DNA of 63,993 bases, filler included, from Asterionella formosa (GCA_002256025.1; 6 parts of 6 records of this genome joined end to end with filler, not necessarily neighbours in it); one strand, 5' to 3'. Positions 1 to 11,993 are shown, numbered from the whole stretch's first letter. Notes: a model not told the origin generated them from the sequence alone. Numbers and translations are program-made.

Positions 1-322
1 CAAATAATTATGTGAAGTATTTCAAATAATTATGTGAAGTATTTCAAATAATTATGTGAAGTATTTCAAATAATTATGTGAAGTATTTCAAATAATTATG
101 TGAAGTATTTCAAATAATTATGTGAAGGTGATCACATAATATAGTGATGATCAGGAATGCATGCATGATACTTTGATCAAATATTTAACGTGATGTATTC
201 AGATAATATATAGACATGTTCAACTACGTATTTTGATGTATTCAACTAATTCATGTGATGCATTCAAAATCAACTAGGCTTATTTACGTGATGGTCACTT
301 CACGTAATACGCGGCTTAGATG
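1..322. mobile_element. One end of a non-autonomous hAT-like DNA transposon with a 22-bp subterminal tandem array
   Basis: About 6 copies of CAAATAATTATGTGAAGTATTT at 1-126, then ~200 bp closely matching 32530-32726, ending ...ATACGCGGCTTAGATG. The reverse complement CATCTAAG matches the end at 31196. Confidence 0.7.
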
Positions 323-344
323 TTGTGAAACAGCAGTTAAGAAT

Positions 345-573
345 GCTGTGCTTCAAGAGAAGGAGGCAGGTTGTGGTATAATGACTCTGAAACTCTGACT
401 GCCTAGGAAGGCAGCAACCCACTATTTCTTGTTCACCAGGCAAGACCGTGTGGGACGGCAAGGAGCATGGGAGTCGAACCCATCAATTGCTTCTCAAAAA
501 AATCGCGGGAATCGAACCTCACAACCAGAGATCAAAAGGCAACATGCTAAACCACTACCAGTAAGCGATTCCC
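345..573 (-). repeat. tRNA-headed dispersed repeat (SINE-like), family A, copy 1
   Basis: Reverse complement aligns with 26865-27100. It has an A-box-like head and two B boxes (GGTTCGATTCCC, GGTTCGACTCCC). Confidence 0.7.
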
Positions 574-804
574 TAATTATATGCTGTTTTTTTTTCTGTA
601 GACATATAATATTTGGGAGTGTTGTGCCCGATGTACAAAGGGTGGCCGGTGCAGGTAAATGGAGTATCGGAGTATCTACCTGGTACCAAGGTACATGGTA
701 GCACCTAGTACTTACCAGGTACCATCAGGTCGCAGATCTGAGCAAAGCGACATCATCTCAGAATCGTCACACCATCTCATAGTTGACAGTTCGAATGATA
801 AATC

Positions 805-1242
805 ATGATATTCGGTAATTTCTTTTTCCTTCTAACCTCATGTGTGGTGATAGTGAAAGGCGGGTTTGTGACACCACGCAACGAGTCGAAGAGGATCACA
901 ACCATGCCGGTGGTATGGAGTCAGCAACTAAAGCCGTCACCCTTTCTGCTGCTACATGCCAAGCCTGACAAAGACGAGGAACAAGCACAGCAAGAAAATC
1001 CCACGATGAAGATTTTCCAAAGAGTACTTCGAAGCGTCTATTTGCTTTTTGCTTACGCCCAAATATGCTTGGGTATTGCTCTTTCATTTGGACTTTTTCT
1101 TAATATATGTGGATATGCCTACACTTTTAATGGGAGGGAAGGGCTCGTGATTGATACTATTCAGACTTTGAGAGAAGAGCAACAATTTCGAAAGGCAGCC
1201 TATTCATCACCATCCGATAGAGGTTCAAAATTTCCTCATTGA
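805..1242 (+). CDS. Small hypothetical membrane protein, possibly plastid-targeted
   Basis: 145-aa ORF with a hydrophobic signal peptide ending in G-F, a transit-like segment, a hydrophobic stretch and a charged C-terminus. Confidence 0.6.
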   Translation: MIFGNFFFLLTSCVVIVKGGFVTPRNESKRITTMPVVWSQQLKPSPFLLLHAKPDKDEEQAQQENPTMKIFQRVLRSVYLLFAYAQICLGIALSFGLFLNICGYAYTFNGREGLVIDTIQTLREEQQFRKAAYSSPSDRGSKFPH

Positions 1243-3379
1243 CCTCTGTATTGCATGCCGTTTGAGTACTATATGGATTTTTCTGTATGCCACATGGCGG
1301 AGAGCAAATCAAGTACTATACAGTCATGTCAAGATTGTATCATGGGATGTGACGAAGGCAGCGTCAAGGTGCATTGAGCAGAAGTAACATAGCTCGAAGT
1401 TTAACACGTTTTCCAATTGTTGTCAAAAATGCTCACGTTATTGCTACAACCCTTTCGAATTTATTTTTTACATTTCAAAGCAATAGCATTCTGGTCCAAC
1501 CAACTTTGGATGTAATACATGTCAATATCAATAATCAAGTCAGCACGTTCACAGAAGATATAAAAGAAACACAGTGCAAAGGAAGAAACAATTCATTGTG
1601 CAGACAAATTTGTGAAGGTGACGGTATGCCGTGATACTATTCAGATTTGGGTGTTGATCATGTAGTGTAATAGGTGGTCCCAGCGGTTTTGCGAAGAACT
1701 ACCCATCAAGTTGGATACCAGGTTACAAGCATAAAGCTGTACTCGGAGTACATGGATGTAGTAATTTCTCTCGGAGTTAAGCTCTGGAGCACGCTAAAAG
1801 GCCACTACATACCGGTAGCTGCTGACTGCCATCCTAATTATTTCCACTGTTTCTTAACGACTGAAAAATATATAGCAGTGGACTCAAATGGTTGTTTCTA
1901 TTAAAGAACTGTGTAAGAGTCAACTGGTACCAGGTAGTCTATAAACAGGTCTACCGGTACTTCTTTGTGATACAAAATTGATCGTGTGCCATCATTTATT
2001 AACTGCTCTGAACTATGGTTGGGAATCATAGCATCCGAATCTTATTTGGTTTATAGGGTGGGGGGCTTTTACATGCTACGGTTGGTACCAGCGCTTCTGT
2101 TTTCATGTATTTAACATCATAATCATGGAATCTTCAAAGCTATACTATTGGAATAGAATAGTTCGCGTGGCGCCCCTTGGCGGCAGGTTCAGCAAGGATC
2201 AGCCCAACAGAAATGGTTACGCCCGTTTCTCTGCAGCGGAGGAGGTATGTTTCTTGGATGACCACTCTAGAATGTATGGCGGGAAAAAATTCCTGAGTAC
2301 CGGCACTACCGTAGAATATAATTGCCTCTGCCAGATGGCACTCTTCCCCCGCTCTTATTGCGTGAAGAATGGTCTGGCAGTCAGTTAAAATTTTGACAAT
2401 ATTTACCCGGCAGGCACCTTGGTCGCGTCTGCATCGACCAGAGTTGAAGTTGTTCGCACTTTCGGAGAAAGTACAAGGTACCGGTATATACCGGCCACAC
2501 TCGAGCTGGTCTCAGGACTTGTGTTTTCGACGGACGAGATTTATGCAGGCAGGCGATGAATTGCACCTTATGTTGAGACAAGGTCCAAGATTTTTTGGCG
2601 AAATCGATCAGGAAGAAAGAATGACATCCATACCGTTGTGTCAATGGTGTGTATGTACAGTACAGGACGAGGTGCTCCGAGTACCAGGGTTCACCTGGCA
2701 CGAGTTGACCAGTATCTGGATAGCCCGATGCCAAGTTGTAAGAGTTCCTGCAAAATGACAGCAACAACTTGCTAGTAACCTCGTTCCAAGTACCGGTACT
2801 CCAGTGTCTAATACCGATACCCGGCCAACGATTGAAGTGCAATGCAAATGCATAAAACGTAGCAACCAGTAGAAGGTACCTGGTACCAGGACCTGGTACT
2901 GTTTCTGTTGTTACCTGGTACCAGTGCAGTACCAGGTAGTACATACATACCGTTGAGCCAAAATTATGCCAGCAAGAGCCACCGAGAAAGGCGACCAATC
3001 CGTCACAAGCAGTGTATGTACGACACGACTGTATGACTCCGAGAAGCGAACTGCTTATCGGTATGTACATAGCCGCACAGCGTGGGTTGGATCAACGTCG
3101 AAGAGTCCCTGCAAAACTGCTCCCTACTCACAAAGGAGGCAGTTTTTTTCCGTGGTCCCAGTACCTGGTACCACGTATACCTTCTAGGTACCGGTACCAG
3201 TACTCCGGACTTCGGACCAGCATCATCGGGTTGCACTGATCTGGATTCAATATAATATCTAACTGGCCCATAATAAACAGAATTGCTCTTTGCTCGTCTG
3301 TAAACTGCCAGAAAGTTACTCCACTTCGTACGCTTGACTCGACTGTAAGGCTACTAGCAACTAAGTAATCAACGCAGAC

Positions 3380-5194
3380 ATGAAGCTAAGGTCGACGGCC
3401 CATCTACTGGCGCTCAGCGGTTTCGTCATGGCTGGGACTGCCCAAGCGCAAGTTAACTGCAGTCAATACCAAGATTCAGTCGCTGTTGATAAGCTTGTTC
3501 AGCTCTCCTACGTTGTGAACGTTGAGGACACAACTACGGGACAAGGAACTCTAACAGCCGAGCTTGTTTATGCTGGCCTTGCTTGGGTTGGATTTGGATT
3601 CAGTCAAAGCGGAGGAATGGTTCCATCGAAAGCGATCGTTGGGCTACCTGATGCTTCTACCGTTCAGAAATATGACCTAGCAAGTTACGTCATTTCTGGA
3701 ATCTTGCCTTCTTCTGCACAGACTCTTGAAAACGTGTCAATTCGTCAAAACGCCACACACACCATCCTTCGCTTCACCAAGCTGCTTGTGGAGTCAGGTG
3801 AACTAACTATTGATGGCAGTGGCAGCAACAACTTCATCTGGGCATATGGAGAAGGCAACACTTTTGGATACCATAGAGGTAGAGGCACAACATCGTTGTC
3901 CCTCACATCATGTTCATCTCAGGCGTCTTCCCCTACACCAGTGACCACCTCCACTACTCCTGCCCCTACGGTCACCCCGACTACTGCCCCAACATTGACT
4001 GCACAAGTACCTACTTTGACCAACTCTGCTAATACTAGTGCTCTTGACTGTTCTGGATTCCAACAGCAGGTTCAACTTACAGACGGCCTTGTCTTGAGTT
4101 ATACTGCCACGTTAGATACAATTGACACCACTAACGGTATCTTGTATGCTCAACTTGTTTACTCTGGTCAAGCCTGGCTTGGATTGGGATTTTCGACTAG
4201 CAACAACGGTGCGATGGTCCCCGCAGACGCAATTATTGGGTTACCTGCTGAAGCCGTCTCCCTGTCAAACCCCGGAAAATATACAATGACCTCAAGATCC
4301 CTTTCTGGCGTGACCTTGTTGTCCGACAGTCGCCAGACTCTCGTGAACCAGTCTATTGTGCAGAATGCCACTCACACAGTTGTGACATTTGCCAAGGTGC
4401 TCATTGAAGCCAATGAAGTACCCATTGTCCTTGACCAAACGACGGCGTTTATCTGGGCGATTGGGTACTCCAATACTTTGGGTGTCCATAAGAGCCGAGG
4501 TGCCATTGGCGTGACACTCCGCGCCTGTATTCCAGGTCAGGAAGCCAGTTCTGGCAATGGGGTGAACACGATTAGTAGTCCTAGTAACTACAAGTCGTTC
4601 TATTCGGCCCACGGAATTTTGGCAGGAATTGCTTGGGGTATCTTTTCTCCTATTGCAATTGGTTGCAGCGTGTTGCGCGATCTAATTCCCAAAGCAGGCC
4701 TCTGGTTCAAAATTCATATGTTCCTCAACATGAGTGTCTTTCTCTTCACTGTGATTTCATTTATCGTGGCTGTGACAGCAGAGCAAAAGGGAACTGTTGC
4801 CGGAGAAAGTCCACAGCACTTCAAAGGAAATACACATCGTACAGTTGGGTTGGTTATTATGATATGCGTTTCTCTTCAAGTTTTGGGAGGCATGCTCCGT
4901 CCCCATGCTCCTGGAAAGAAAGAGAATGGCGAACCAGAAGATAAGCCGTTTGTGCGCTTATTTTGGGAACTCATTCATAAGGGATCTGGATATGGACTTT
5001 TGGCGACGGCTTGGTGGCAGGTGCAAAGCGGACTAAAATTGTATTCACAGCAATTTGCAACCAAGGATCTGTCGCCTGTTTTTTGGGGTATTGCAGCAGG
5101 CATTGGAGGCTTAGTGGCTCTGCTCTATTTCTACAGCAAGTGTAAGACCAAGCAGAAAAAATTGGTTGAGGAGGACGAGCCAGATGGAGTTTAG
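3380..5194 (+). CDS. Tandem DOMON domains plus cytochrome b561 transmembrane domain (CYBDOM-type redox protein)
   Basis: Signal peptide; two DOMON repeats (W-x-G-x-G-F-S...GM/AM; FIWA-x-G...H); Thr/Pro linker; b561 His ligands (AHG, IHM, THR, IHK) in transmembrane helices. Confidence 0.9.
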   Translation: MKLRSTAHLLALSGFVMAGTAQAQVNCSQYQDSVAVDKLVQLSYVVNVEDTTTGQGTLTAELVYAGLAWVGFGFSQSGGMVPSKAIVGLPDASTVQKYDLASYVISGILPSSAQTLENVSIRQNATHTILRFTKLLVESGELTIDGSGSNNFIWAYGEGNTFGYHRGRGTTSLSLTSCSSQASSPTPVTTSTTPAPTVTPTTAPTLTAQVPTLTNSANTSALDCSGFQQQVQLTDGLVLSYTATLDTIDTTNGILYAQLVYSGQAWLGLGFSTSNNGAMVPADAIIGLPAEAVSLSNPGKYTMTSRSLSGVTLLSDSRQTLVNQSIVQNATHTVVTFAKVLIEANEVPIVLDQTTAFIWAIGYSNTLGVHKSRGAIGVTLRACIPGQEASSGNGVNTISSPSNYKSFYSAHGILAGIAWGIFSPIAIGCSVLRDLIPKAGLWFKIHMFLNMSVFLFTVISFIVAVTAEQKGTVAGESPQHFKGNTHRTVGLVIMICVSLQVLGGMLRPHAPGKKENGEPEDKPFVRLFWELIHKGSGYGLLATAWWQVQSGLKLYSQQFATKDLSPVFWGIAAGIGGLVALLYFYSKCKTKQKKLVEEDEPDGV

Positions 5195-5508
5195 TCTATT
5201 TACTTTTTCTTCTTAATTATTTGTATAATGCATATCATTTGGTTTTCTGTTTCGAATTGGAAGCATCAGGCCATTTTGCGCTGTGTTCAGGTTGTGCTGG
5301 AATGAATTCTGACTGGGACGAGGACTGACACCAATGAAGCGCATATAGCCGAAGTAGGTGCAAATGCAAGATGTTACGTTCGCTTACACGATGATTGGCA
5401 TGTTTGACAAGTTCTATACTTGCGACCAGGCGATTCATCTCAGGCACCTGTATAACATATCATATATGCTGGTATATCGATCACAGTAAACAAGCGAATT
5501 TTGCCTCG

Positions 5509-7851
5509 TCATTCGAATTGAGACCATGCACCTGCACTATCACCTTTGCTTTTGGCTGCATTTTGTATATTCATAGAACCCCCCCGTGGGCCTGGAGCTT
5601 CCTCACTTCCGCCGGATTCTTGAGTCTCGACGTATCGACCACTTTCATGGTGAAAGAAAAGAGGCGATGAACCTATGGTTCCGTCAAAACGATTCTTCTT
5701 TATTTCAATGCATTTATTTTTGCCGTCACTTTGAAGAATCATAACAGTATCAGCTTCTTGCGTCGCCTTGGCGCTTCCGAAAAATGATGCCATGCTCAAT
5801 TTGGATCCTTCCACTTCCTTTCGGGGGTGAACTACCAATGTCAAATGGACATTCTTTTCCGTCGCAAATTTTCGAAACTTCTCGATGGCCCTGTCCTGTA
5901 CTTCAAACTTGTCGAAGGAGGAATTATTGTTTTCTCGAGAAATCATAAACTGCATGTTATCCAAGATAATATGTTCCACGTCATGTACATAGACGGCGTA
6001 CTCCATTGCATTCAAGACATCACCAATGTCAGAACCGCCATGAAATTTCATGAAATACATCGGAAGGCACTCGAATCTATCTGCTAAAGCTTCCATCTTT
6101 TCGACAACATTAGGATCCCCTGAAGTAGGTAAAGGTAGTCGTCCAAATTGTTGTAGAAGTTTGTGCAATAGTCGAGTGTTCTTTATTTCAAAGGAACCCC
6201 ACAGAGTGTTGACCCCGGCTTCACACATGTCTAGGGAAATTTGTCCAAGGAAAGTCGTTTTCCCTGCGCCAGTCGGACCGGTCAGAACGGTTACCTCACC
6301 TCTTCGAAAACCCTTGAAAATGTTAGTAAAGCCAGGAAGGCTCTTGACTGGTACACCCGTGTACTTGTCTGGGTTGTAAATTTCATTCATCACTTGAGAT
6401 CGAAGATCTTTGAAGGTCAAGACAAACTCGTGTCGCAGGATTTCTGCGCCTTTCAACATGCTTTGAAGGTCTATACCCTTTATCAATGCTTCATTCGCAT
6501 CTTTGGGGGCCTGCTTTCCTTCCTCAACACACGGCCTGTTGACAAGATAGCAACGTCTAATACCAATTTTATGAGCAAACTTTTCGGCTCCTTCACGACC
6601 TGGAACATCATTGTCCATCCATAAATATATCTTATCAAATCGTTCCAACAGAGGCAGGAGGTCGATGGGCAAATTGCGACATCCATTGGGGAGTGAAATC
6701 GCTGGCATTTTGGTTGCTTGGTAAACGGCCATAGCATCATACTCGCCTTCAGTAATGACAACCTCAGTGGCGTCATCAGGAATAGTGTGATAACCAAAGA
6801 AGCCCCATCCACCGCCAGGAGGGTCCAACCGTTGCCATCCTTTATTTACTATGGAACGTGCTTTAATACGGCGGAGGATGTAAGGGGCCTGTTTGGTGGC
6901 AGCCGAAATAAGATTGTCATCGTCCAATATTTTTGATAGCGAGTTTTTGTATTTGCTAAGTTCCTCTTGTATTTGAATCATATGCGCCTTCATGAACCAT
7001 GGAAACGTGACACATTCTGCTTCCTCATAGCCGTTGTTGGAGGGAAATGCATACATGCCCCGGCCCACCCCGTACTTTTGCAGTGTTTTCAATTCCAGCT
7101 TACGGACATCTAGAAGATACTTTAAGGTTTCATTCATTTGTGGGGTGTCATCTTGGCTTCCTTTCACCGGAAATCGGTCAAGCAGAGATTTACTGTACGC
7201 ATCCTGTAAGAATTGTTCTGGCATCGGGAGGGTGGTAACCTTTCCCTTTTGCGCATTATTTTCAAGTCTTTTCGTTCCTTTTCCTAATGACCCCCCGCCT
7301 GATCCATCGTATTCGCCATTTCCACCTCTAGAACCATAGCTATATTTCTTACGTGGCTGGGTTTCCGTCATTCCACTGATCGTGCTCGTCGAACTCACTT
7401 CATAACCACCCAACTTCATTTTCAAATCGTACCAGCTTCCTTTCACTCCACAACGAAAGCAATAATAGCATCCATCTCCAATCTTAACGTTAAGTTTGAA
7501 TTGATTGTTCGCCTCACCTTTAGTGTCGTGGCAAAAGGGGCAATCACGAACGCAAATGTGTTGGCCCGTTTGACGAATGTCGCTTACAGCAATACCGTAG
7601 TCTGTAAAGACAGTCTTGATTTCCGAAGGAGTTACATTCAAAGAAGTGTTATGGCGAGACACAAAGACTTCGGTACGAATTTGAGCATTTTTCTTAGGGA
7701 CGCTCCGGTGAGTGAACACGATGCCGTGCTTGCGTGCCGATTGGTTGGACGCCATCGCGAGGAGGTGAAGGCATCGATATCGATCACTTGGCGCATATCG
7801 AGAATGGCAGCATGATCTGCGAAGTGCAGTAGATGAAGTTATTCGGAGCAT
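5509..7851 (-). CDS. TWNK: Mitochondrial Twinkle primase-helicase (T7 gp4-like)
   Basis: Presequence, zinc finger CPFC...CFRC, TOPRIM (ITEGEYDA, WMDND), Walker A GPTGAGKTT, ILDNMQF, VVHPRK, GSAKATQEAD, KNRFDG. Confidence 0.95.
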   Translation of the reverse strand: MLRITSSTALRRSCCHSRYAPSDRYRCLHLLAMASNQSARKHGIVFTHRSVPKKNAQIRTEVFVSRHNTSLNVTPSEIKTVFTDYGIAVSDIRQTGQHICVRDCPFCHDTKGEANNQFKLNVKIGDGCYYCFRCGVKGSWYDLKMKLGGYEVSSTSTISGMTETQPRKKYSYGSRGGNGEYDGSGGGSLGKGTKRLENNAQKGKVTTLPMPEQFLQDAYSKSLLDRFPVKGSQDDTPQMNETLKYLLDVRKLELKTLQKYGVGRGMYAFPSNNGYEEAECVTFPWFMKAHMIQIQEELSKYKNSLSKILDDDNLISAATKQAPYILRRIKARSIVNKGWQRLDPPGGGWGFFGYHTIPDDATEVVITEGEYDAMAVYQATKMPAISLPNGCRNLPIDLLPLLERFDKIYLWMDNDVPGREGAEKFAHKIGIRRCYLVNRPCVEEGKQAPKDANEALIKGIDLQSMLKGAEILRHEFVLTFKDLRSQVMNEIYNPDKYTGVPVKSLPGFTNIFKGFRRGEVTVLTGPTGAGKTTFLGQISLDMCEAGVNTLWGSFEIKNTRLLHKLLQQFGRLPLPTSGDPNVVEKMEALADRFECLPMYFMKFHGGSDIGDVLNAMEYAVYVHDVEHIILDNMQFMISRENNNSSFDKFEVQDRAIEKFRKFATEKNVHLTLVVHPRKEVEGSKLSMASFFGSAKATQEADTVMILQSDGKNKCIEIKKNRFDGTIGSSPLFFHHESGRYVETQESGGSEEAPGPRGGSMNIQNAAKSKGDSAGAWSQFE

Positions 7852-8253
7852 TGTGCCAGTTTTATCTTTCTTGGAGCTTTCTGTGAAAAGCTTGTTGGAT
7901 AATAATGCTTCGCCTCAACATGAAGCAGACTGATGATCCATCAATCGCATCGAACAACTCTTGGCAGGTGCATTATTCCCACTTTGGTTTTACATATAAA
8001 ATCACATCTATGTATACACACATCGCTATTTTCATATATAGATATTATACAAAAATAAAAATGGTGAGGAGAGAGAAAGGGCAAATTTTGGCGCGCCACT
8101 GCTTACACTCCACGAAATGTGTCATTCCAACAACATGCTGGTGCTGGAGACCAATATGTATTCGGATGAATCGTCATGATGATACATAAATACACAGTGG
8201 TACAGTATACCTGTACATAGCTAATATTAACAAACATTTGAGGTACTGTGCAA

Positions 8254-8521
8254 TTTGCGGTCATTTTGCTTGAACTAACATTTTAATCTGGGATAAAGAT
8301 AGCTAAATCATTAGTTTCAGCAAAATTACCGCAACTTGCTGGTACATGGTACCCTGGTACCTGGTACTCCGTCTACATTCATATGTGCGAAGTACATGTA
8401 CAACGGGGTACCGTTAATAAATATAAGAAGACCAGAGCAAGTTGCGGTAATCGTGCTGATTCTAAACGTTTAGCTATCTTTATCTCAAATTAAATGTTTC
8501 TTTAAGCAAAATGACCGCAAC
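8254..8521. mobile_element. Fold-back (MITE-like) element with ~90-bp imperfect inverted arms
   Basis: TTGCGGTCATTTTGCTT...AATTACCGCAACTTGCT pairs with AGCAAGTTGCGGTAAT...AAGCAAAATGACCGCAA. Related arm at 33288-33360 and a fragment at ~25400. Confidence 0.7.
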
Positions 8522-8689
8522 TTAAAGCTATAGACTAAAAGTAGTACTAAAAAAGTGAGTCCAAAATGAGAAATTGGACAATGCTGGTTTTCTCCTTTTT
8601 GGACCAGCTAGATTTAGCATAGAAGCAAAGGACGAGGAGTTGATGAAGATCGACTTCAAAGAACTTATCATGATCTCTACTATTTATCT

Positions 8690-9270
8690 ATAATTTTCGC
8701 ACTTTTTCTGCAAACAAGTCAACACACCCAAAAAATAATGATGTGCCAAATTTGATCGAAATATCTTTCTTCTGAGCATGTCAACACTCCAAATGAAGGT
8801 ATTGATCACTTGTACATGCATCGAATTCTTAATTTGATAGAAATCAGTTACAAATTGGTGGAGAAAAATAGATTTGAATATATGATGGATGGCTCTGTAC
8901 ATCAGCCACTGATTCTGTGATTGTCTCCACATCATCCAGTCCACAGGCACCAAAATAGTAAACATAATGATGCCTTATTTGATCAATATTCATTAGTTCT
9001 GAGCATATCGAAGCTCACATGAAGGCATTGATCTCGAGTACATCGAACTTAACTTAAGATAGAAATTGGCTACGAATTGGTGGAGAAAAATAGATTTCTC
9101 ATTATTTTGTACTTTTCCTGCACACGTGTCGAAAAGCTCCGAAAATACATACTGATGCCTTATTTTATCAATTTACCTCAGTTCTAAGCATATCAACACT
9201 CCCTGTTGTGTAGGCATTTATTTCTTGTACATCGAGTACTTACCTAGATAGAAATCAGCAGTAAATTGAA
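8690..9270. repeat. Diverged tandem repeat, ~3 copies of ~190-230 bp
   Basis: Recurring TTCTRAGCATRTC...TACAT...GATAGAAAT at ~8770, ~8997 and ~9182. Confidence 0.6.
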
Positions 9271-9538
9271 AGAGTATCATCTCATGTTATTAAATGATTT
9301 GTTGTGTTGAGGAGCCGTGTATTGACTACAGGATTGCATCAATTGATGAATTTCTTTTGTTCAAACTCTTATTTTCCTCATGGATCTCTGGTACTAGTTG
9401 AAGGGTAAATTGGAAGTCGTCATGGTAGCCTCCTTCTTGTAGAACACTGCAGATCGCGCCAGCATAACCGTTTGGACTAAAAGAATGAGTAGATGGATCC
9501 GTGAGGGGACTCATTCCTCTTTAGTTTTGAGAAGTTGT

Positions 9539-9681
9539 AACATGCAACAAGCAACTGCAAAGAACTTGCTATTTCAAAGCGAAATACACAGGATATTTTG
9601 TCTGAGAAGTTCTAACATGCAACAAGCAACTGCAAAGAACTTGCTATTTCAAAGCGAAATACCCAGGATATTTTTTCTGAG
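9539..9681. repeat. 75-bp tandem duplication
   Basis: AACATGCAACAAGCAACTGCAAAGAACTTGCTATTTCAAAGCGAAATAC occurs at 9539 and 9614. Confidence 0.9.
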
Positions 9682-10702
9682 GTGGAGGAAAGGACAATTA
9701 CAAGTATGATGAACCTCAAAACTAGGGAAGGTAGCTAATTCATGCTAGTAGAATATAATTATAAATTAACAGTAGTGAGTGGAAAAAGAGTAGCCAAGCT
9801 CGATGATATAGCACCATTCTGAATCATGTTTTGTGGTGAAGAGCAATGCTTGAGTCTACCTTCATGCATTTCACAACAAGTATGATATCAAAGTATGCAA
9901 GGCCAATAATAAAGATCAAAATGCAATGCATTCAAGATTTATTCAGCCTTTTTTCGTTTCTTTCCTCCAAAGTTGTTCACAAACCAAAAGTATTTTGGTA
10001 CATCAAATATGTGCTCGTGGAGTGTTGGAGTACCCCATATTCCGGTATTCCATAGTAAGCAAAATATTAAACACCTGTTGACACAGTCACGACGATACCA
10101 TATGCCGCCGGACACAGAGAAATTATTTACCAAATAATATTCTACTGTTGTGTGCTATATAATTAATTTCATACCCTGTTGGTTTTACTGCTGTCTGGTA
10201 CCAGTTACCTGGTACCAGGTACCAGATACCAGCCAGGTAGCTGTTGGCTGCCCGGTATAAATCCATGGATGGGTTGTTCAACATACATATGTATTGGTCA
10301 TACCAGTACATATTTCCACCATACTGTGCCTGTTCACTATTGAATGACTTTGCTTACCTGGGGCACGTTGTAATATTTCTCTGCTAGTGTCCATAGGCAA
10401 TTATTGACAATCAACATACATACACAACGATGTACCTTGGCTACTGGTACTGTGTGGCTAATATATTTTTTATATATAAATCTGACCAGCTCTTCCTTCG
10501 TATAGCTGTAGCAATAATTAGCGCTTCCTTCGTATAAGCTATAGCAATAATTGGCGTATCCAATAATGTCATTGTCTTATCATACATTTGTATATTTTTA
10601 TTGGCCACGTCTGTGAAACATTCCCCATGGTTTCTTTTTCTTTCACCGCTCCCCGCACAACAGAAGATGAATTGATAGAGGAGAGAAACCTGTTATCTGT
10701 AG

Positions 10703-10802
10703 NNNNNNNNNNNNNNNNNNNNNNNNNNNNNNNNNNNNNNNNNNNNTTAATTAATTAANNNNNNNNNNNNNNNNNNNNNNNNNNNNNNNNNNNNNNNNNN
10801 NN
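10703..10802. other. Artificial scaffold-joining spacer (also 21498-21597, 32259-32358, 43027-43126, 53771-53870)
   Basis: Each is exactly 100 nt: Ns around TTAATTAATTAA (stops in all six frames). The complete segments between them are 10695, 10661, 10668 and 10644 bp. Confidence 0.95.
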
Positions 10803-11289
10803 ATAATATGATTGGTGAGCATGAAGTACATTCCTCTGTTTGATTGGCCTGGTTTGCGAGGTCGTGCAAACCCACGCTGGCCACATTGGATTAACATGTA
10901 ACATTTTCTTGGGTGTACTGACAGTCCGGTGCTATATTCACGACGGGTACCAGTAGATGATCATCATTGGACATACCGGTACGCGTACCGCTCCTTGGGT
11001 GCACTTTCAAATATTTGCCGAGCCGCCGGGTCGTATACATGACCCATATTCGTCGATAGGAGTATACATTGTAGTACTGGTGTATGCACATGAAGCGATG
11101 TAGAACCTAAATATATATATATATATGTATATATTAAACGATTTGAATGTGTCGAACGGATTCAATGCATATTATATAAAATCGTTAATCGGAGTATAGA
11201 GTGTCCATGCATACATGTTGATCGTATTTTTAGCATATATATACATACAGCGACTAAGAGTGTCAATATATATATTTAGCGTTTTTGAC

Positions 11290-11447
11290 AAGGAATCTAT
11301 GTACGTATTCGCAAATTTCCACTGATTCAAATATTTCAAATGGAATCACGTCATTCAAAAATAGCTAATTAAATTCTTAATTCCAGGGATTTTTCGCAAC
11401 CCTAAGCAATATTTTAATTTTTGCCTAGGGGTTCAAATGCAGCAACC
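11290..11447 (-). mobile_element. Terminus of a Kolobok-like DNA transposon
   Basis: Reverse complement aligns with 58470-58640. It ends ...TGCAGCAACC followed by TTAA. Confidence 0.7.
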
Positions 11448-11451
11448 TTAA

Positions 11452-11993
11452 GGTTGCGGCCCCGCAGTTACACATCACGAGGTCTGTTTTTTTTCAAAAT
11501 AATTTTATGATGTACTTCAATCTACACAGTACGTACAACTAAATAAACTAGTTAAAGGTAAATTTAGCTTTCACCAATGCGACCACTTTGCATATCCTTA
11601 GATACAGTTATGGCTCGACTTAGGGGTATGATCTATATACGCACAGATATGGTAAGGACCTCATTTCTGCAGAGAAGTGGCAGTTATCCCTCGTAGATTT
11701 TTTTAAACGCTTGATGGCCCCCTTTTTTGACTATTTTTTGGAAAGTATGATTCCAAGAGGGATAACTGCCACTTCTCTCCAGAAATGTGATCCTTACCGT
11801 ATCTGTATATAGATCATACCCCTAAGCTGACCCATGACTGTATCTAAGGATATGCAAAGTGGTCGCATTGGTGACAGCTAATTTTACCTTTAACTAGTTT
11901 ATTTAGTTGTACGTACTGTGTAGATTGAAGTACATCATAAAATTATTTTGGAAAAAAACAGACCTCGTGATGTGTAACTGCGGGGCCGCAACC
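11452..11993. mobile_element. Kolobok-like MITE, 542 bp, ~245-bp near-perfect TIRs, TTAA target-site duplication
   Basis: TTAA|GGTTGCGGCCC...GGGGCCGCAACC|TTAA. The arms are reverse complements around a ~65-bp spacer. GG termini with a TTAA TSD fit Kolobok rather than piggyBac (CC termini). Confidence 0.85.

Noticed and set aside
1..126. 22-bp repeats as a CRISPR array
   Set aside because: Head-to-tail units with no spacers, in eukaryotic context, forming the subterminal array of a transposon end.
2381..3239. ORFs rich in VPGT/WYQV/YLVP peptides (also 29025-29277, 38050-38422, 40206-40514)
   Set aside because: Translation by-products of the TACCWGGTA clusters, with no domain signal.
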